Origin: the human T2T-CHM13v2.0 reference genome, Homo sapiens
Assembly (NCBI RefSeq): GCF_009914755.1
Contig: NC_060926.1
Strand: one strand, 5' to 3'
DNA length: 64,000 nucleotides
Of this stretch, positions 45,601 to 59,599 are shown piece after piece (the stretch's first letter is position 1; each line of letters starts with the position of its first letter). Below the pieces are notes generated by a model. That model was not told the DNA's origin. It worked only from the letters and a program-made list of their open reading frames with translations, and did no database searches. Both the position numbers and the translations under genes were made by a program.

Positions 45601-46633
45601 ATTTTCTGAGTATTATTTATATTCTAAGAAGGTTGTTTATATTCATTTGAGTATACTTTGCCCTAGCTTTCACAGTTTCTGACCCCACAGAAATTCCAAG
45701 GCTGTTTACCATCTTATAAGTGAGAATGCCCTTTCTCATTGCATTGATTGGCACACCGGTCCCCATTGCCACTCCTTCCCCCGACTACTTTTGAATTTCT
45801 TCAATGACTTCTTTATATAAGTTAGCAATATTATTCCATCTGTTAGGTTTCAGTGTCTTCCCCTCCACCAGGAAATATAGAGTTTAGATTTTTGGCAATT
45901 CTCTTCCGATTGGCTGAAATAGTCTATTATATTATGTTTGTTAGAACTCTGTAGTTTTTGTTTATTTTACTAAAGAACTGCAAATAATAAAACACTTAAG
46001 CTTTTCCTTTTTCTCTTTCCCCATATCAACATATCCCCTTCTCTATTCCCCGAATTTTGAAGAAGAAATGTTAATTTTTCTATGGTATTAAAAAAAAGAG
46101 AAGCTTCCGAAACAGTCTGAATTACCTCGATTGATGGAAGAAGTTCATGCTCTCTACTTTAAAACTTGGAGCTTATTTGGTTTATAATGAAGGAAAAATG
46201 AACGTCTAACATATAAACTTCTTTGGTTGGGAAATTTACCTTATAATTTAAATTTCTATAAAATACCTTCAGGAAAAGAAAATGGCTTACTTACGCCAAA
46301 CCAGTAGTAACTTAATCAACAACTCACTTCAGAAGAAATAATTTTGAAAAAAGTCTCTTCATATATACATAAATAGCCCTCTCTTTAGGGCGGATTTAAT
46401 GTTGGTCCAATCCGTGGAGGCAATAATTATAGTACTAATGTCACCTCTCAAAGAGTGAGGTCAGACTTTGGATCTGGTTTAAGGGAGAAGACCACATTCC
46501 TCACAAGGTTACAAGCAATGGGGTGGGGGTTTTTCAGAGTACAGTTAGTGACTTCTCTGTCCTCTAGTGATGAGTGATACCCAAAGAAATGTTATTGCAC
46601 CTATAGGAAAAAAAGCTAAAAAAATGAAGCCGT

Positions 46634-46980
<347 letters not shown>

Positions 46981-46994
46981 CTAGATTTGTTCTA

Positions 46995-47170
46995 CTATTG
47001 ATTGAGAACACACTATTGGCCAAAAATAGTACTAGGCACTTTTCATATGTTATCTTATTTAATCACTGCTACAGCCCAATGAAGCAAATTTTGAAATCCC
47101 TATTTCATGTGATATAACTATGAGAGAGTTTAAGGCACTTAAAGTTTTTGAGCTGGCAAATAAAACAGAG
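46995..47170 (-). mobile_element. MIR
   Basis: gtactaggcacttttcatatgttatcttatttaatc. Confidence 0.65.
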
Positions 47171-48829
47171 CTCTGATGAACACTAAAGTCTTATTTCAAA
47201 TTCTTTATATCAAAATATCTTGCAGTTTCCAACAAAAGCCATAGTCTTCTATGGCAACTATAGAAAAAAAACAACTCCTGTGGAGGTGCAGAAACAAGTG
47301 AGAGACTCAACCACACTGGCTGTACTGAAATCTCAATTGTTTCTAACTGGGGGACTGAAAAGAGGCAATGGACAAATGATGAGGAAGTCTAATGAGCATC
47401 AAAATGGAGGAAGCAAATATCTTCCTAGTTGAAGGGGTAATACACATGCTCAGAAGCTACAGATCAGGAAGTGGCTAGTCCCAGAGTCGATGAGCAAGAG
47501 AGCAGTGGGTACACGAAGGATCCAAGTGAGAGAATACAAGGTTAATTAAGGTCCACAAACTCGTCTGCAGAAGCATGCTTTGGATTTGTTACACATGTGT
47601 TGTGATAATGGATTGATGAATTAAAAAGTACAAGATTTGGGAGAATACAATCCATAACTAATTGGATATTGAGAGAAACACTTTCAGATTCAATTAATTG
47701 AATGAGTTTAAGTGACCATGTATTTTTTTTAATTAAAATGCCTGTTTGAAGAACTAGAGAGATAACTGTTTCCTAGATTCCTTTTGCAAAGTGGCCATAT
47801 TTTCTGAACAAAGAAAATGTACCTATTGATAATCCTTAAAAATTTATTAGTTTATTTAAAATATTAACTTTAGTTATAAAATAAATGATTTTCCTGTCGC
47901 AAAACAATACCTGAAATTGAGAGGGCTTCCTGAAAAATTTGTGACATACAAACTTACAAAATTATAGATACAGTATATTCCTGAAATGTGCAACTGTATA
48001 CTATCTGCTTGATAAGCAATGAAACGCAGTACCTACTCTGATATTAGAAGAAGACTTGCAAAAAGTTAGCAGAACTTTTACCCGTGGAAAATACTGAAAT
48101 ATAGAGTGCTTTTCAGCAGTAATCATGGGTAAGTTCAAAATTATTTTTTCAGAAGAAAGCAGGGTATAAACTGAAGCATTTATAAAGTTGGTTACAGTGA
48201 AATGACTAGAACAGACATTTGGCAACTCACCCTACGCACCCTAAATCATCATTTCTGTTTGGAAGTTAACAACTTATCTTTCCAAATGTCCAGGTTAACA
48301 CACAGCCATCTTCACATTAAGAAGAACTGGAAGGTTGGCATGACAACTGAGTGAAATGTATAGGAAGCAAAATTCCCTCAGCAAAACACAGATCTGAGAT
48401 TATTCTGACCGGCAGAGGTTACTGAAAATTGTTTCCCATGGCAATTTCTTTCTATATCAAGCTATTTTTAAAACCTGTGGGCTAATGTGCCTTGGTATAT
48501 GTATACGTAAATTTTGTGTTAATTTTGAGGACACTTCTTGATAATTTTCAGCTATTTCATGTATAAGTAGTGCAGATAATGAAAATAAATACTTAAGTCC
48601 TTAGTAAATACTTAAAAATTATTATTTCTTATAGTGCAAAGTAGTCAAAAACAGTCCATATGAGGTTACATAGCTCGGAAAAAAAAGATTAGAATATAAG
48701 ATGACTAGAAATGGCTTGCCTATCTTAGCTAGTAAAAGAAGACAGCTACCAGTGTGGAATGACTTAACAGCTGAAAAATGGTTTTCTCCAACACTCTCCA
48801 GTTCACCAACCTGTCTAAAATTTAAGCAT

Positions 48830-48980
48830 CATAGAATCATGGACTCAAATAATTATCTATGCTCCAAGTGACCTTAGAAATCGACCTCCTTCATTTCTCA
48901 TGGTTTCTCATGGTAAACCATGAGAAAATGGGGCTCTAGAGAATTTAAGTAAATGTTCAGAGGTCATATAATTTGTAGCA
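48830..48980 (-). mobile_element. MIR3-like fragment
   Basis: catagaatc...gaccttagaaatc...ccttcatt...aggtcatata. Confidence 0.5.
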
Positions 48981-49889
48981 CATAACAGTTATTGATTTTC
49001 TTATTACCAACCACTATTATTATATTCTGTAGGTGTATGGCAACCACAAAGCAGCTATTTGCTAAAATAAGATGTTATATTTATTTTTACCCCCAAATGG
49101 TCAACATTACCAACACTGTTCTTTCTTCTTTTTGCCATTCCTTTTGTTTAAATTCAATGATATTTAGGTATATTTTACTTATATCTCAAGCTCTAACTCA
49201 AATTCAACCTAGTTCATTAGGTATTCTACATCAGCCCTCTCAAGTACTCTCTTTTGTATGAACATCTATATATGTTTGATGATGTCTGTCATTTGTCATT
49301 TGCCACCCATTGCCAGATAGCATTTCTTGAAATGCCAGCTTGCAAATTTGTTTAACTGCTCTTATGAATTGGCCTTGTCTTGCCCCCTAAAAATTCTAAG
49401 ATCTCAAAAATTAGAATCAGTGTTTATGGCTTATTTGTGGCCACATGCTTAACATGAGAAAAAGGAGGCCTAGAGATATGAAATTACTCTGGTGGCAATG
49501 CAGAGATTGGATTGGAAAGGAGCAAAGTTGACATAGGGAAGACCAAATAGAAGACTTAATTTGTTTACTTGTCAATACATTTTATATCAACAGATGATAA
49601 ATCTAACATAGATCAATAAAGTTCTGGATTGGACAAGAAATTAAATGCAAATGAAATCACAAGAGACTACAAATAAAATTGTACTTAAGCTAGGGAATTG
49701 TTGCTAAGTATAAATGCACAGGGATAAAACATAAAGAAAATTCCTGGTAAATGTGAGCACCTTTTTAAAAATTCTGATAAAATGCTTTAATTACCATAAA
49801 CAACTTAAATGGAAGCAGTTTTTTAAATATGTAAAATTTCAAAATGTTAATATCCTGATTAACAAAATGCCTTCAAAATATACAATTAT

Positions 49890-50500
49890 ACTTTTAGATA
49901 ATGAGAGAAAAGTTTCAAAGAATATGTACAAGAATATCATACAATAAGAAGTACATGTGGTTAAATAATGTGTGAAAATATTCAGTTCCATGTATTTTAA
50001 AAATCACATTAATATACCAATATTTAACTGATGGGAATACATTTTTACTAATTCCCTGGAAGTTAATATTCAAAAATATTTAAAATGTGTACACTATGTC
50101 ATCCAGTAATTATAATTCTATGAATTTCTCTTAAGAAAATAATCAGATATGTGAACAAAGATTTGAGGACAACAATATTCATGTCAGTATTCTTAATCAT
50201 ATACAAACCTATAAAAACAATCTAGATACTCATTGGTAGAGATTCATTATATAAGTCAGCATGACCATATGAGGAAATGTTGGATATCATTATGATCATG
50301 TTTTGGAGGAAATATTTAATGATATGAAAAATTAATACAAAGTTGAGTAATAAATATTGATATACAAAATTATAGAGAACATTATTCTGAGCATACAGGT
50401 GCATGTCCCCAGTTACTATATTTTTACATTAGTCTGTATACTTTTTCATGTTTTCTAAAGCCATGTAAGTTAACATGTTATTTTAATTATGAGGAATAAT
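49890..50500 (+). mobile_element. Very old L1ME fragment
   Basis: catccagtaattataattcta...aagaaaataatcagatatgtgaacaaagattt. Confidence 0.55.
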
Positions 50501-51155
50501 AATCACAAACATGTTGATTTGATAAATGAAAATCAGTTCTATTGCTGAAAAAGCTTGTATTTTAATGAAGTGAAGCATTATGTTGGGTCTAAACTAAATA
50601 AATTTTATAGCTAGAGTATGTTAAGAAAAAAAAAAGACAATTGGACTATCTTTAAAAAATTCTTTAATTTTTTGCATCCAAAATATTTTTAATAAGAAGG
50701 TAGGATCCAGGGTTAGTGTTGGTCACCGCAGCTGGCCTGTTGACCACTGGCAACTTTGTTACAAGTTTTCTCAGCAACATTTTTTACATATAATGACCTT
50801 GATTAGAATTTATAGTTACCATGACCTCATCACTTATTCATTTGTAAACCATTTCTTAAATTATTTTATTGGACTATTGGTAAGTCCATATGTTGCTTGC
50901 AGTTTTGTTAGGTTGCCTCTAAGACAGCAATTTTTTTCATCACATAACAGAATCAGTTTACACTTAAATCGTAATCCCTACTCCTCTGCCTAACCTGCTA
51001 ATTTATTCTATACCTGGTACAAGTACTGAGTCTCTTGAATATTGTCAAATGGATTAACTACATGGGAATAATCTTTCAGGGTACTAAAGTTGAACCCCAC
51101 CTGTGAAAGGCAATACATATTATATTAGGCAAAATATAAAGGCTTCAAGTTAAGT

Positions 51156-51413
51156 TTTTTTTTTTTTTTTTTGAGACGGAATCTCACCCTGTCGCCAGGA
51201 TGGAGTGCAGCGGCACGATCTTGTCTCATGGCAAACTCCACCTCCCAGGTTCAAGCGATGTTCCCACCTCAGCTTCCAGAGTAGCTGGGATTACAGGTGC
51301 ATGCCACCATGCCCAGCTAATTTTTGTATTTTTAGTAGAGATGGGGTTTCATCATATTGGCCAGGATGGTCTCGATCTCTTGACCTTGTGATCTGCCTGC
51401 CTCGGCCTCCCAA
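51156..51413 (-). mobile_element. AluSc-like, slightly 5'-truncated
   Basis: tgtcgccagg, gatggtctcgatctcttgacc; TSD caagttaagt at 51146-51155 and 51414-51423. Confidence 0.93.
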
Positions 51414-51434
51414 CAAGTTAAGTATTTGTTTACG

Positions 51435-51580
51435 TGCCATTTAGTAACTATATAACCTTTGGAATTTAAGCAATCTCTCTAAGTCTCAGTTGCCTCAACC
51501 AAGAAGAACAATAATATCACCTTCATAGGGCTATTGTGAAGGTTAAAATATAAAAAAGCAAGGAAGTGTCTAAGTTTTCC
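51435..51580 (+). mobile_element. MIR
   Basis: ctctctaagtctcagtt...cttcatagggctattgtgaaggttaaa. Confidence 0.7.
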
Positions 51581-52859
51581 GTGTCATCACTTCATTATTT
51601 TGAATTCTTAATCTGCTCACACCTGTATAATTAGAGTATCAAAATGGTTAAAACTGGTGTGAATAATTTGAAAATTTATTTTTAGAACATTCAATAACGA
51701 TATTTAGATGACTGGATACCCCTTTAAACTATATATTAGATAGAAATTCCTTATTGTTTATATAAAGTTTAATCATTTGCATTTTGAAAGAAAAAAAGTG
51801 AGTCATGAAAAATATATACTAAAGGAAGCAGGTATTAAATATGCAGGTCTCTTGAGCAAATTTCACAAAATGGTGTCAGATTGTGACAGGGAAAGCATGC
51901 TTCCCTGCAGTCTCCATGCATATGTCAGACAAGCCTAGCTGCTGCCTTAGTATATTTTCTTATCTTTCCATGCCATTTTTAATCATATAAAAACCACTAC
52001 AATATTGACATATGCTAGATCACAAAGCAAAAAATAGAACATATTAGAACATATAAAACACAGACAACCCAGAGAAACCGGAGCCAAAATCTTCCACAGT
52101 TAGATCTGTCTTTTCTTTAGGTTTCTGGAAAGCATGCTATAACTATTCTCAGTAACTAGCCACTGGAGTCATATTTCCAAGCAGCATTTACAGAGTACAA
52201 AGCAATGCATGGTAGTTAGAATACGCATGAAGAATAACTAGTCTTTTATCTCCGTACAATAGAGTGTTTGCACTATGAGAACAATCAAAATGATACTACA
52301 TTTAAGGAGTAATGGCGAGCAAGAGCATTAGACCATCAGACAGAATACCAGTGATTCCATAATATATTTTACAGTGAGGAAGTGTGGCATGATCATATAG
52401 GAAGATAGCTGATTTGCCAAGGCAATAGGAACTGCCAGCCGATGAAGAAATGAGTGGAGGATGACGAAATGTGAAATCAACAAAGGTACTACATTGCATT
52501 CCAATGTGATTTTTCCATCCCAAAGAAACTTTATTCCTCCCGAGTGCCACAGGCAAGAGTTACATTTCAGAGCCGGACAAAAAACAAAAATCTGCATAAA
52601 ACTTTAACCTTTTTGAAAAATGGCAAAATACCTATTGCTATAAGAGGAAATTAGGAGACATTTCACAGTTTAAAATATGGTTATTGCACAGATCTACAAA
52701 AAAATTCATCTCTGTAGGCTCTATAGTCTATTAAGTAACTACAGTACTGTGTTATAATCAGAACCACATTGACAAGGCCAGTTGAGGCAGTAATTGTAAT
52801 TCTTACAGTGGGTTCTCAGGCAAGGCTCCTGTGACAATGACAGTTATCTGATTTTACTA

Positions 52860-53160
52860 TGTACCTTCCTGCTCCTTTGACTTTTTCCTATACTCCTCTC
52901 CTACCTGCCAGATGGTAGCCATTCTTCAAGACCCAGTCCATGTGTCATATCCTCTGTGAAGACTTCTCTCAAGACAAGCAGGATGAATTAATCATCCCTA
53001 GTCCCCTGCTTCGGTAATACCACCTGCCCATGTCTCCCTGCCTCTGTTTGTAATCCTCATGATTCTGTTACTCTTCAATGAACTTAATAACCATATTCAT
53101 CAGTGCATGCCCAATGTCAATATGCAATTTGCCAAACACTGTGCTAACAATTAATGACTA
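52860..53160 (+). mobile_element. L2 3' fragment
   Basis: cattcttcaagacccagt...tcctctgtgaagacttct. Confidence 0.6.
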
Positions 53161-53729
53161 TTTGTAACAAGAATGATTACAAGTTTCAAATGGGCTATCA
53201 AATGACTAAATGGGTAAATCTGAAAGATCTTGTTTCTCCAAATCTGTTCAGACTAGGCATCACTCTGGCTTCCACCCATTCTGTCTGGCTGCCCAAGGAG
53301 GACATTCAGACTCTGAGCGTTTTGCAGCCCTGCATCAACGTGAGATGCTGTGGGTGAGGTTGAGTGGGTCAGAAGGCACAGAGGACAGCTCAAATGAGTA
53401 GCCTGGGAAAAAGAAGTAGGGCAAACCGGTGGGATGAGAAAGGTGACAGGAAGGACAAGCTTTTTGATGAGAAATAAGTCCAAGAGGGCCTGTAACACTA
53501 GTTCAAGTCTATTCAAATTAAACGCAGTCAATCTCCGTTAAAATGTTGGAATATACACTGAAGGAGACAAGCAAAGGCAATGGATATAAATAATTACTAT
53601 TTTTTTAATAGGGTGAGGGATATGTATCAGGTCTCCTGTTGTTTCAGGAAAAGCCCCCTGGCCTTGCATGTAGTAACAACATAATGATTGATGGTTTGCA
53701 TCCTTTCTTCTGTGGAAAAACCAGAGTGG

Positions 53730-53950
53730 TGGAAAGTATGTGAGATTAGGTGTCAAATGAGAATTTGATTTCTAGCTCTAGTAGTAAAATGACTTTAGAA
53801 AATTTGCCTACCCGCTCGCATCCACACTTGAAACATTTTCAGATGAACACTGATATCCAGCTCCAGCAGTTGTTGTGAGGATTCAATGAGATGCAGTGTG
53901 AAAGTGACTTAGCATAATGCTGGCGTGTATCCTGAGCTCAACACCATCTT
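53730..53950 (+). mobile_element. MIR
   Basis: gttgttgtgaggattcaatgagatg...aaagtgacttagcataatgctggc. Confidence 0.7.
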
Positions 53951-54271
53951 CCTTCATCACTACCCCTTCTGTTCCTTTATTTCATTTATTGAAATCTGTA
54001 TTTATTTGTTTGTTTATTTTACTAACTTGATATCTGCACATGCTTCAGGGAAGAGAATGATTTAACTTGCTGTCTACATAAGTAGATGAGCTTCATCTTA
54101 AAGCTTTTCAAAATAAATTTGTTCCTATTACATTATGAAAACAATTTTGGTGATACATGAAGCAGAGTTGGGCCTACAGAAGGATTTCAGTAAATATGCA
54201 TTGATTGATTGGTTGACATGGCATGGTTTGAGAAAACAGCAGACATACGAGACACATAAAACATGAATCTG

Positions 54272-54570
54272 GGCCAGGTGCAGTGGCTCATGCCTATAAT
54301 TCCAGCAATTTAGGAGGCTGAGGTGAGTGGGTCACCTGAGGTCAGGAGTTCGAGACCAGCATGGCCAACATGGCGAAACCCCATCTCTACTAAAAACACA
54401 AAAAATTAGCCTGGCGTGGTGGTGGGTGCCTGTAATCTCAGCTTCTTGGAAGGATGAGGCCGAAGAATCGCTTCAACATGGGAGGCAGAGGTTGCAGTGA
54501 GCCAAGACCATGCCATTGCACTCTAGCTTGGGTGACAGAGTGAGACTCTGTCTCCAAAAAAAAAAAAAAA
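54272..54570 (+). mobile_element. AluSx/Sz-like
   Basis: Full dimer with A tail; no clear TSD. Confidence 0.93.
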
Positions 54571-54964
54571 GTATTTGTCATCACCCATATCATTTCTTTG
54601 TTATTGCTCTTGATGCAATCTCTTAAAAGCCACTTTCTTATCTCCATATCTTTCATACATTTTACATGAAAGCCTCAAGTCTTAAGGAAACCTTTTAAAC
54701 ATTTCCAAGAGTAAACATAAAATCTCCTCCAAACAGCCTCAATTTTGAAATATTTACAAAACCATTATAATACAATTGTTTTATTACTCCATGTTTGACT
54801 CTGTGTCATTATCTTTAGTTCCTTGGTCTCTTTTCCCCACTTCTAATGTAATTTCTCTTTAATCACATTCTCTAATTTGCCTTTTCTTTTCCAATCAATT
54901 ATCACTATCAGCCTCAGTTCTTATCACCTTCTTTTAAGAATATTTTGCAATTCTTTCTTCATAA

Positions 54965-55260
54965 TTTACCAAATATTTATTGATTTTGTATTATATGCCA
55001 GACCCACTTCTGACTGTTGAGAAAACAACAAAGAATAAGATAAACATAATTTCTGTCATCAGAGAATTGTACAAAAATATAAGATTGTAGCAGGATAAAA
55101 AGACAGATATATGCATATTTATGCTATAAAAACATAAGATACAGAGTAGTGGAGGAGAGGGAGATGGTGGAGCCACTTTAGATAGACTGAACAAAGAGAA
55201 TTATTTGAGGAGATGAGTTTTGAGCTGAGACATGAAGAGAATGGGCCAGGAGGAAATCAT
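54965..55260 (-). mobile_element. L2 fragment
   Basis: aaatatttattga...tatgccag...tttgagctgagacatgaag. Confidence 0.7.
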
Positions 55261-55261
55261 T

Positions 55262-56310
55262 GGGCTAGATGAGATTGGAGGAAAGGGATTTATCCTTCTG
55301 GTTTTCTCTAATTGATGTAGCCTTAGGCTGGCTGGAGTTTCTTCCTCCCTTAATCTCTTCATGGCTAATGGTGACAGCTTTGCTGCTGCTACTAGCTCCA
55401 GGTACCTGAACTATCTCTTGTGGCTTCCCCACTCCTCACCCTACCTTTGTAATTAGTCACTTTGTAAATTAAATCTCCTCAAATTTTCCTAATTTTAGTG
55501 TGCCATCTGTTTCCTGCTGACTCCCTGATGAATAGAGTAATTTGTACTGAAATGGCTTCAGGAAAGAGGGCTTCAATATTGGATTCTGATATGGTGTTAG
55601 TCATATATTTGAGTACTGCAGGATAACCTTGCTGGGTAAGGGAGGAGATGAATGTGACACAGGTGGGACACAGGTAATCTATGCTGTGTGATGACATCAT
55701 GATTACTCAAATTATCACTGGGGGCAGCATGAGATGAAATGCAGATAGAAAGCACAAGGAGATCAAAGATCTGAGTCACTTCATTGTTACACAGCAATAG
55801 TGATTATGGAAATCTCCTGGCTTCTCCTACTGTATTTTAAGAATGTACATAAGAAAAAATATATAAGAATTATTAATAAAATTTAAAAGCATATGTGGAT
55901 AAACATAAGGTCACTATGATTGCAACTTTAAATCATGTTTTATAACTACAAGACAAATATGGCTGAGGTCCAACCACTGTGTCTGTTTGGAAGCTGTTCA
56001 CAGTTGCAGCATGGCTTCAATACTCTATCATACCACGGTAATATGAGAAGACCAGTCACTACAGGATGGAATGTTAATCTATGCTATAAGATCATTGAGG
56101 CATTTATGAACAGTGCTGAAATCTTGCGTCTTAAAATATTGTCTCCTTGTGGAGGTAGCCACCCTTTGCATAAAAGCCTTTAAGTGGCACATGAGTTACT
56201 GTTGATCCTTCTCAGGACTTAGTCCCACTCATTGCCTCCAGACTTATAGGAAACTTAGAGAAAAGTAAGACTACTTGGGAGCAAATTGTTGATCATTTAA
56301 AGAGCTTTTT
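55262..56310 (+). mobile_element. LTR33-like LTR 3' part (to ~55537) followed by degraded ERVL internal sequence
   Basis: tgtgccatctgtttcctgctg LTR end then tttgtactgaaatggcttcaggaaa PBS-like start. Confidence 0.55.
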
Positions 56311-56327
56311 AAAAATATTGCTAATTA

Positions 56328-57150
56328 GTATTTCTAGTTCTAGATCCTTGAGGAATTGCCACACTGTCTTCCACAATGGTTGAACTAATTTACACTCCCA
56401 CCAGCAGTGTAAAAGCATTCCTATTTCTCCACATCCTCTCCAGCATCTGTTGTTTCCTGACTTTTTAATGATTGCCATTCTAACTGGTATGAGATGGTAT
56501 CTCATTGTGGTTTTGATTTGCATTTCTCTGACGACCAGTGATGATGAGCATTTTTTCATATGTCTGTTGGCTGCATAAATTTCTTCTTTTGAGAAGTATC
56601 TGTTCATATCCTTTGCCCACTTTTTGATGGGGTTGTTTTTTCTTGTAAATTTGTTTAAGTTCTTTGTAGATTCTGGATATCAGCCTTTTGTCAGATGAGT
56701 AGATTGCAAAGATTTTCTCCCATTCTGTAGGTTGCCAGTTCACTCTGATAGCAGTTTCCTTTGCTGTGCAGAAGCTCTTTAGTTTAATTAGATCCCATTT
56801 GTCTATTTTGGCTTTTGTTGCCATTGCTTTTGGTGTTTTAGTCATGAAGTCTTTGCCCATGCCTATGTCCTGAATGGTATTGCCTAGGTTTCTTCTAGGG
56901 TTTTTAGGTGGGAGTTGAGCAATGAGAACACATGGACACAGGGCGGGGAACATCACACACTGGGGGCTGTCAGGGGGTGGAGGGCTGGGAGAGGGATAGC
57001 ATTAGGAGAAATACATAATGTAAATGACAAGTTGATGGGTGCAGCAAACCAACATGGCACATGTATACCTACGTAACAAACCTGCACATTGTACACATGT
57101 ACCCTAGAACTTAAAGTATGATAAGAAAGGAATTATATTAAAAAACTAAA
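56328..57150 (+). mobile_element. L1PA5/6-like with 5' inversion: 56328-56905 antisense, 56906-57150 sense
   Basis: TSD aaaaatattgcta(a/g)tta at 56311 and 57151; 3'UTR gttgatgggtgcagcaaaccaacatgg. Confidence 0.95.
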
Positions 57151-57277
57151 AAAAATATTGCTAGTTAGTATTGGCAGGAACCTGGGAAACATGTGGGAAG
57201 TGGATTCTCTGGGTGTCATACCAAGAGAGAGAAAATATAAGACTCAGTGCAGCAATATCCATTGATATTATGTGCTT

Positions 57278-58184
57278 GTATTGATGCTGGTGTAAACAAA
57301 CCTACTGTGCTGCCAGTTGTATAAAAATATGGCATATAAAATTATGTATATTGCCTAATCCACGAAAATGACAATAAACAATGTCAGGAGCTATTTCAGA
57401 AGACGGCATTGCTACCATAGCGCATGGCAGCTCCACTAAGTGTTATTGCCCATCAAGAGCTTCCAGTGAGAAAAAATATGGAGGTGGAAGATGCTGATAT
57501 TGATGGTCCTGACTCTGTGAGGGCCCAGGCTAATATGCGTGTTTCTGTCTCAGTTTTAAACAAAAATTTAAGAAGGTTAAAAAAATAGAAGAAAAGCTTA
57601 AAGAATGAGAATATAAGAAAAAATATTTTGCACAATTCTATACTATGTTTGTGTTTTATAATAGGTATTATCACAAAAAGTCAAAAGTTAAGAAAATATG
57701 TTTATAAAGTAAAAAATGTTACAGTAATCTAAGGTTAATTTATTATTGGAGAAAAAATATTTTTCATAAATTCAGTGTAGCCTAAATTGTACAGTACTTA
57801 TGAAGTCTAGAGTAGCGTAAAGTAATGTCCTAGGCCTTCACATCCACTCACCACTCACTCCCTGACTCATCCAGCACAAACTGCTCTCCTGCAAACTCCA
57901 CTCATGATAAGTGTTCTATGCAGAAATATCATCTTTTATCTTTTATATTTTTATTGTATGTTTAAAGTTTAGGTACACAAATACTTAACCATTGTGTTCT
58001 GATTGCCTACAGTATTCAGTACAGTAACACACTGTGTAGGTTTTGTAGACTAGGAGCAACAGGCCATACTCTGTAGCTTAGGTATATAGTAGGCTATCCC
58101 ATCTAGGTTTGTGTCAGTACACCCTATGATGTTTGTTGGATAACACAATATGACATATCCCTGTCATTAAAGGACACATGACTG
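57278..58184. mobile_element. Tigger3 (Golem)-family deletion derivative, one TIR present
   Basis: tgctggtgtaaacaaacctactg...; end gacacatgactg followed by TA. Confidence 0.85.
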
Positions 58185-58384
58185 TATTTGGAAAACAGCT
58201 CCTGGCTTGCTACTGGCCTGATAGAAACTGAAGAGTGGCAGACTTTGAGATATCAAGTGACTACAGAACTCATATTTAATATCATGAACTGGGTAATATA
58301 GAATCTACCAAATCATATAATTATATATGCACAATAGCATTTTAACATAAAATAGAAGCACTCTCTATGTAAGATAGGCCTGAA

Positions 58385-58732
58385 CATGTCCAAAAGTCAA
58401 AAGGTATTGGTAGAGGTGGCTACTTCTGGAAGCTCTGAGAAGAAACTCTCTCATGAGTCTCTCCTAGTTTCTTGTGGCTTTCAGCAACCCTTGGTATCCT
58501 TGGATTGTGAGTGTCATCCAACTCTCTGCCTTCATCTTCACATTCCCTTCTCTTTGTCTTGGTGTGTCCTTTTCTGTCTCTATAAGGATGTTGTTATATT
58601 TAGAACCTGCCCTAATTCAGTATGATCTCCTCTTGTTCCTTTTCTAATTACATCTGCAAAGACCCTATTGCCAGGTAAGGTCACATTCCATTTGTACATA
58701 AATTGTGAGGGGATGCTATCCAGCCTACTATA
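58385..58732 (-). mobile_element. MLT1-family LTR fragment
   Basis: aattacatctgcaaagaccctatt...aaggtcacattc. Confidence 0.85.
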
Positions 58733-59599
58733 TCACATATTTAGAGGGAACATACTTAATGGCAAATAAAGTACACCAAAGGACCCAATTCTATGGAACA
58801 CTCTGGTTACTAAATGCCCCATCATTCGGGACATCTAGCTTGATAGAATGGTGGAACAGTCTCATAATACTAATGGGCTGGGAGTTCTGCTCTTTTCAAG
58901 GGAATGTTTCTTATTTCCAATAGGTTAATCTGCTCACCTAATAGGAAATCACTGACAACAAACAGGGTATTAATCCTTGTAGTTAAATCTTTGTCTTTAA
59001 ATAAATAAAATCAAATAAATGTTTAATTCCTAGGAAATAAATGAGGTCCCTCCAATTGAAAATAAATGGAAATAAGAAAGGTAGAGGATAATAAAGATAA
59101 CAAATAAGGGCAGAGATAGAGGAGCTGGAATTGGACTCACAAAGGGAATACAATGGGCAAGGTAATAAAATGGTGGAATAAAGTATTGGATATGAATGGG
59201 GATTGTTGGGGCCACAAAATAGGAAAGGTGAGCACTTCATTTTTTTTTTTTTGCTCCTGACCCAAAAGCTGAGGACTTCTTGTGTGTTAGCCTGTCACTT
59301 GCAAAGTAAGAGAAGTGGGAATACAGTGATAGTCTACGTATTTATTATTGCCATATTTTTCCTCCTTATCTTAGGGCTTCAGGTTAACTGGCATAGTATG
59401 GATACATATGTAAATGTTCTTCACCATAATTATTTAAATAGAGGTAACAATTCTTTCTGCAGTTTTTATGCAGAGATTGTATAATAGTAAATAATCCAAA
59501 ATCCAACAAAAGTAGTTTTGTTCCCAGCAATGATCAAAAAAATTTGCTATTCTTCTCTCTTAAAACAAAATAAGTTAGATAAAATAAGAATACAAATCT

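Noticed and set aside
52302-52597. Overlapping minus-strand ORFs in unique DNA
   Set aside because: Short, no recognisable domain or supporting exon structure.
53251-53354. Possible exon (ttcag|...gg|gtgagg)
   Set aside because: Weak pyrimidine tract, no recognisable protein; such sites are common by chance.
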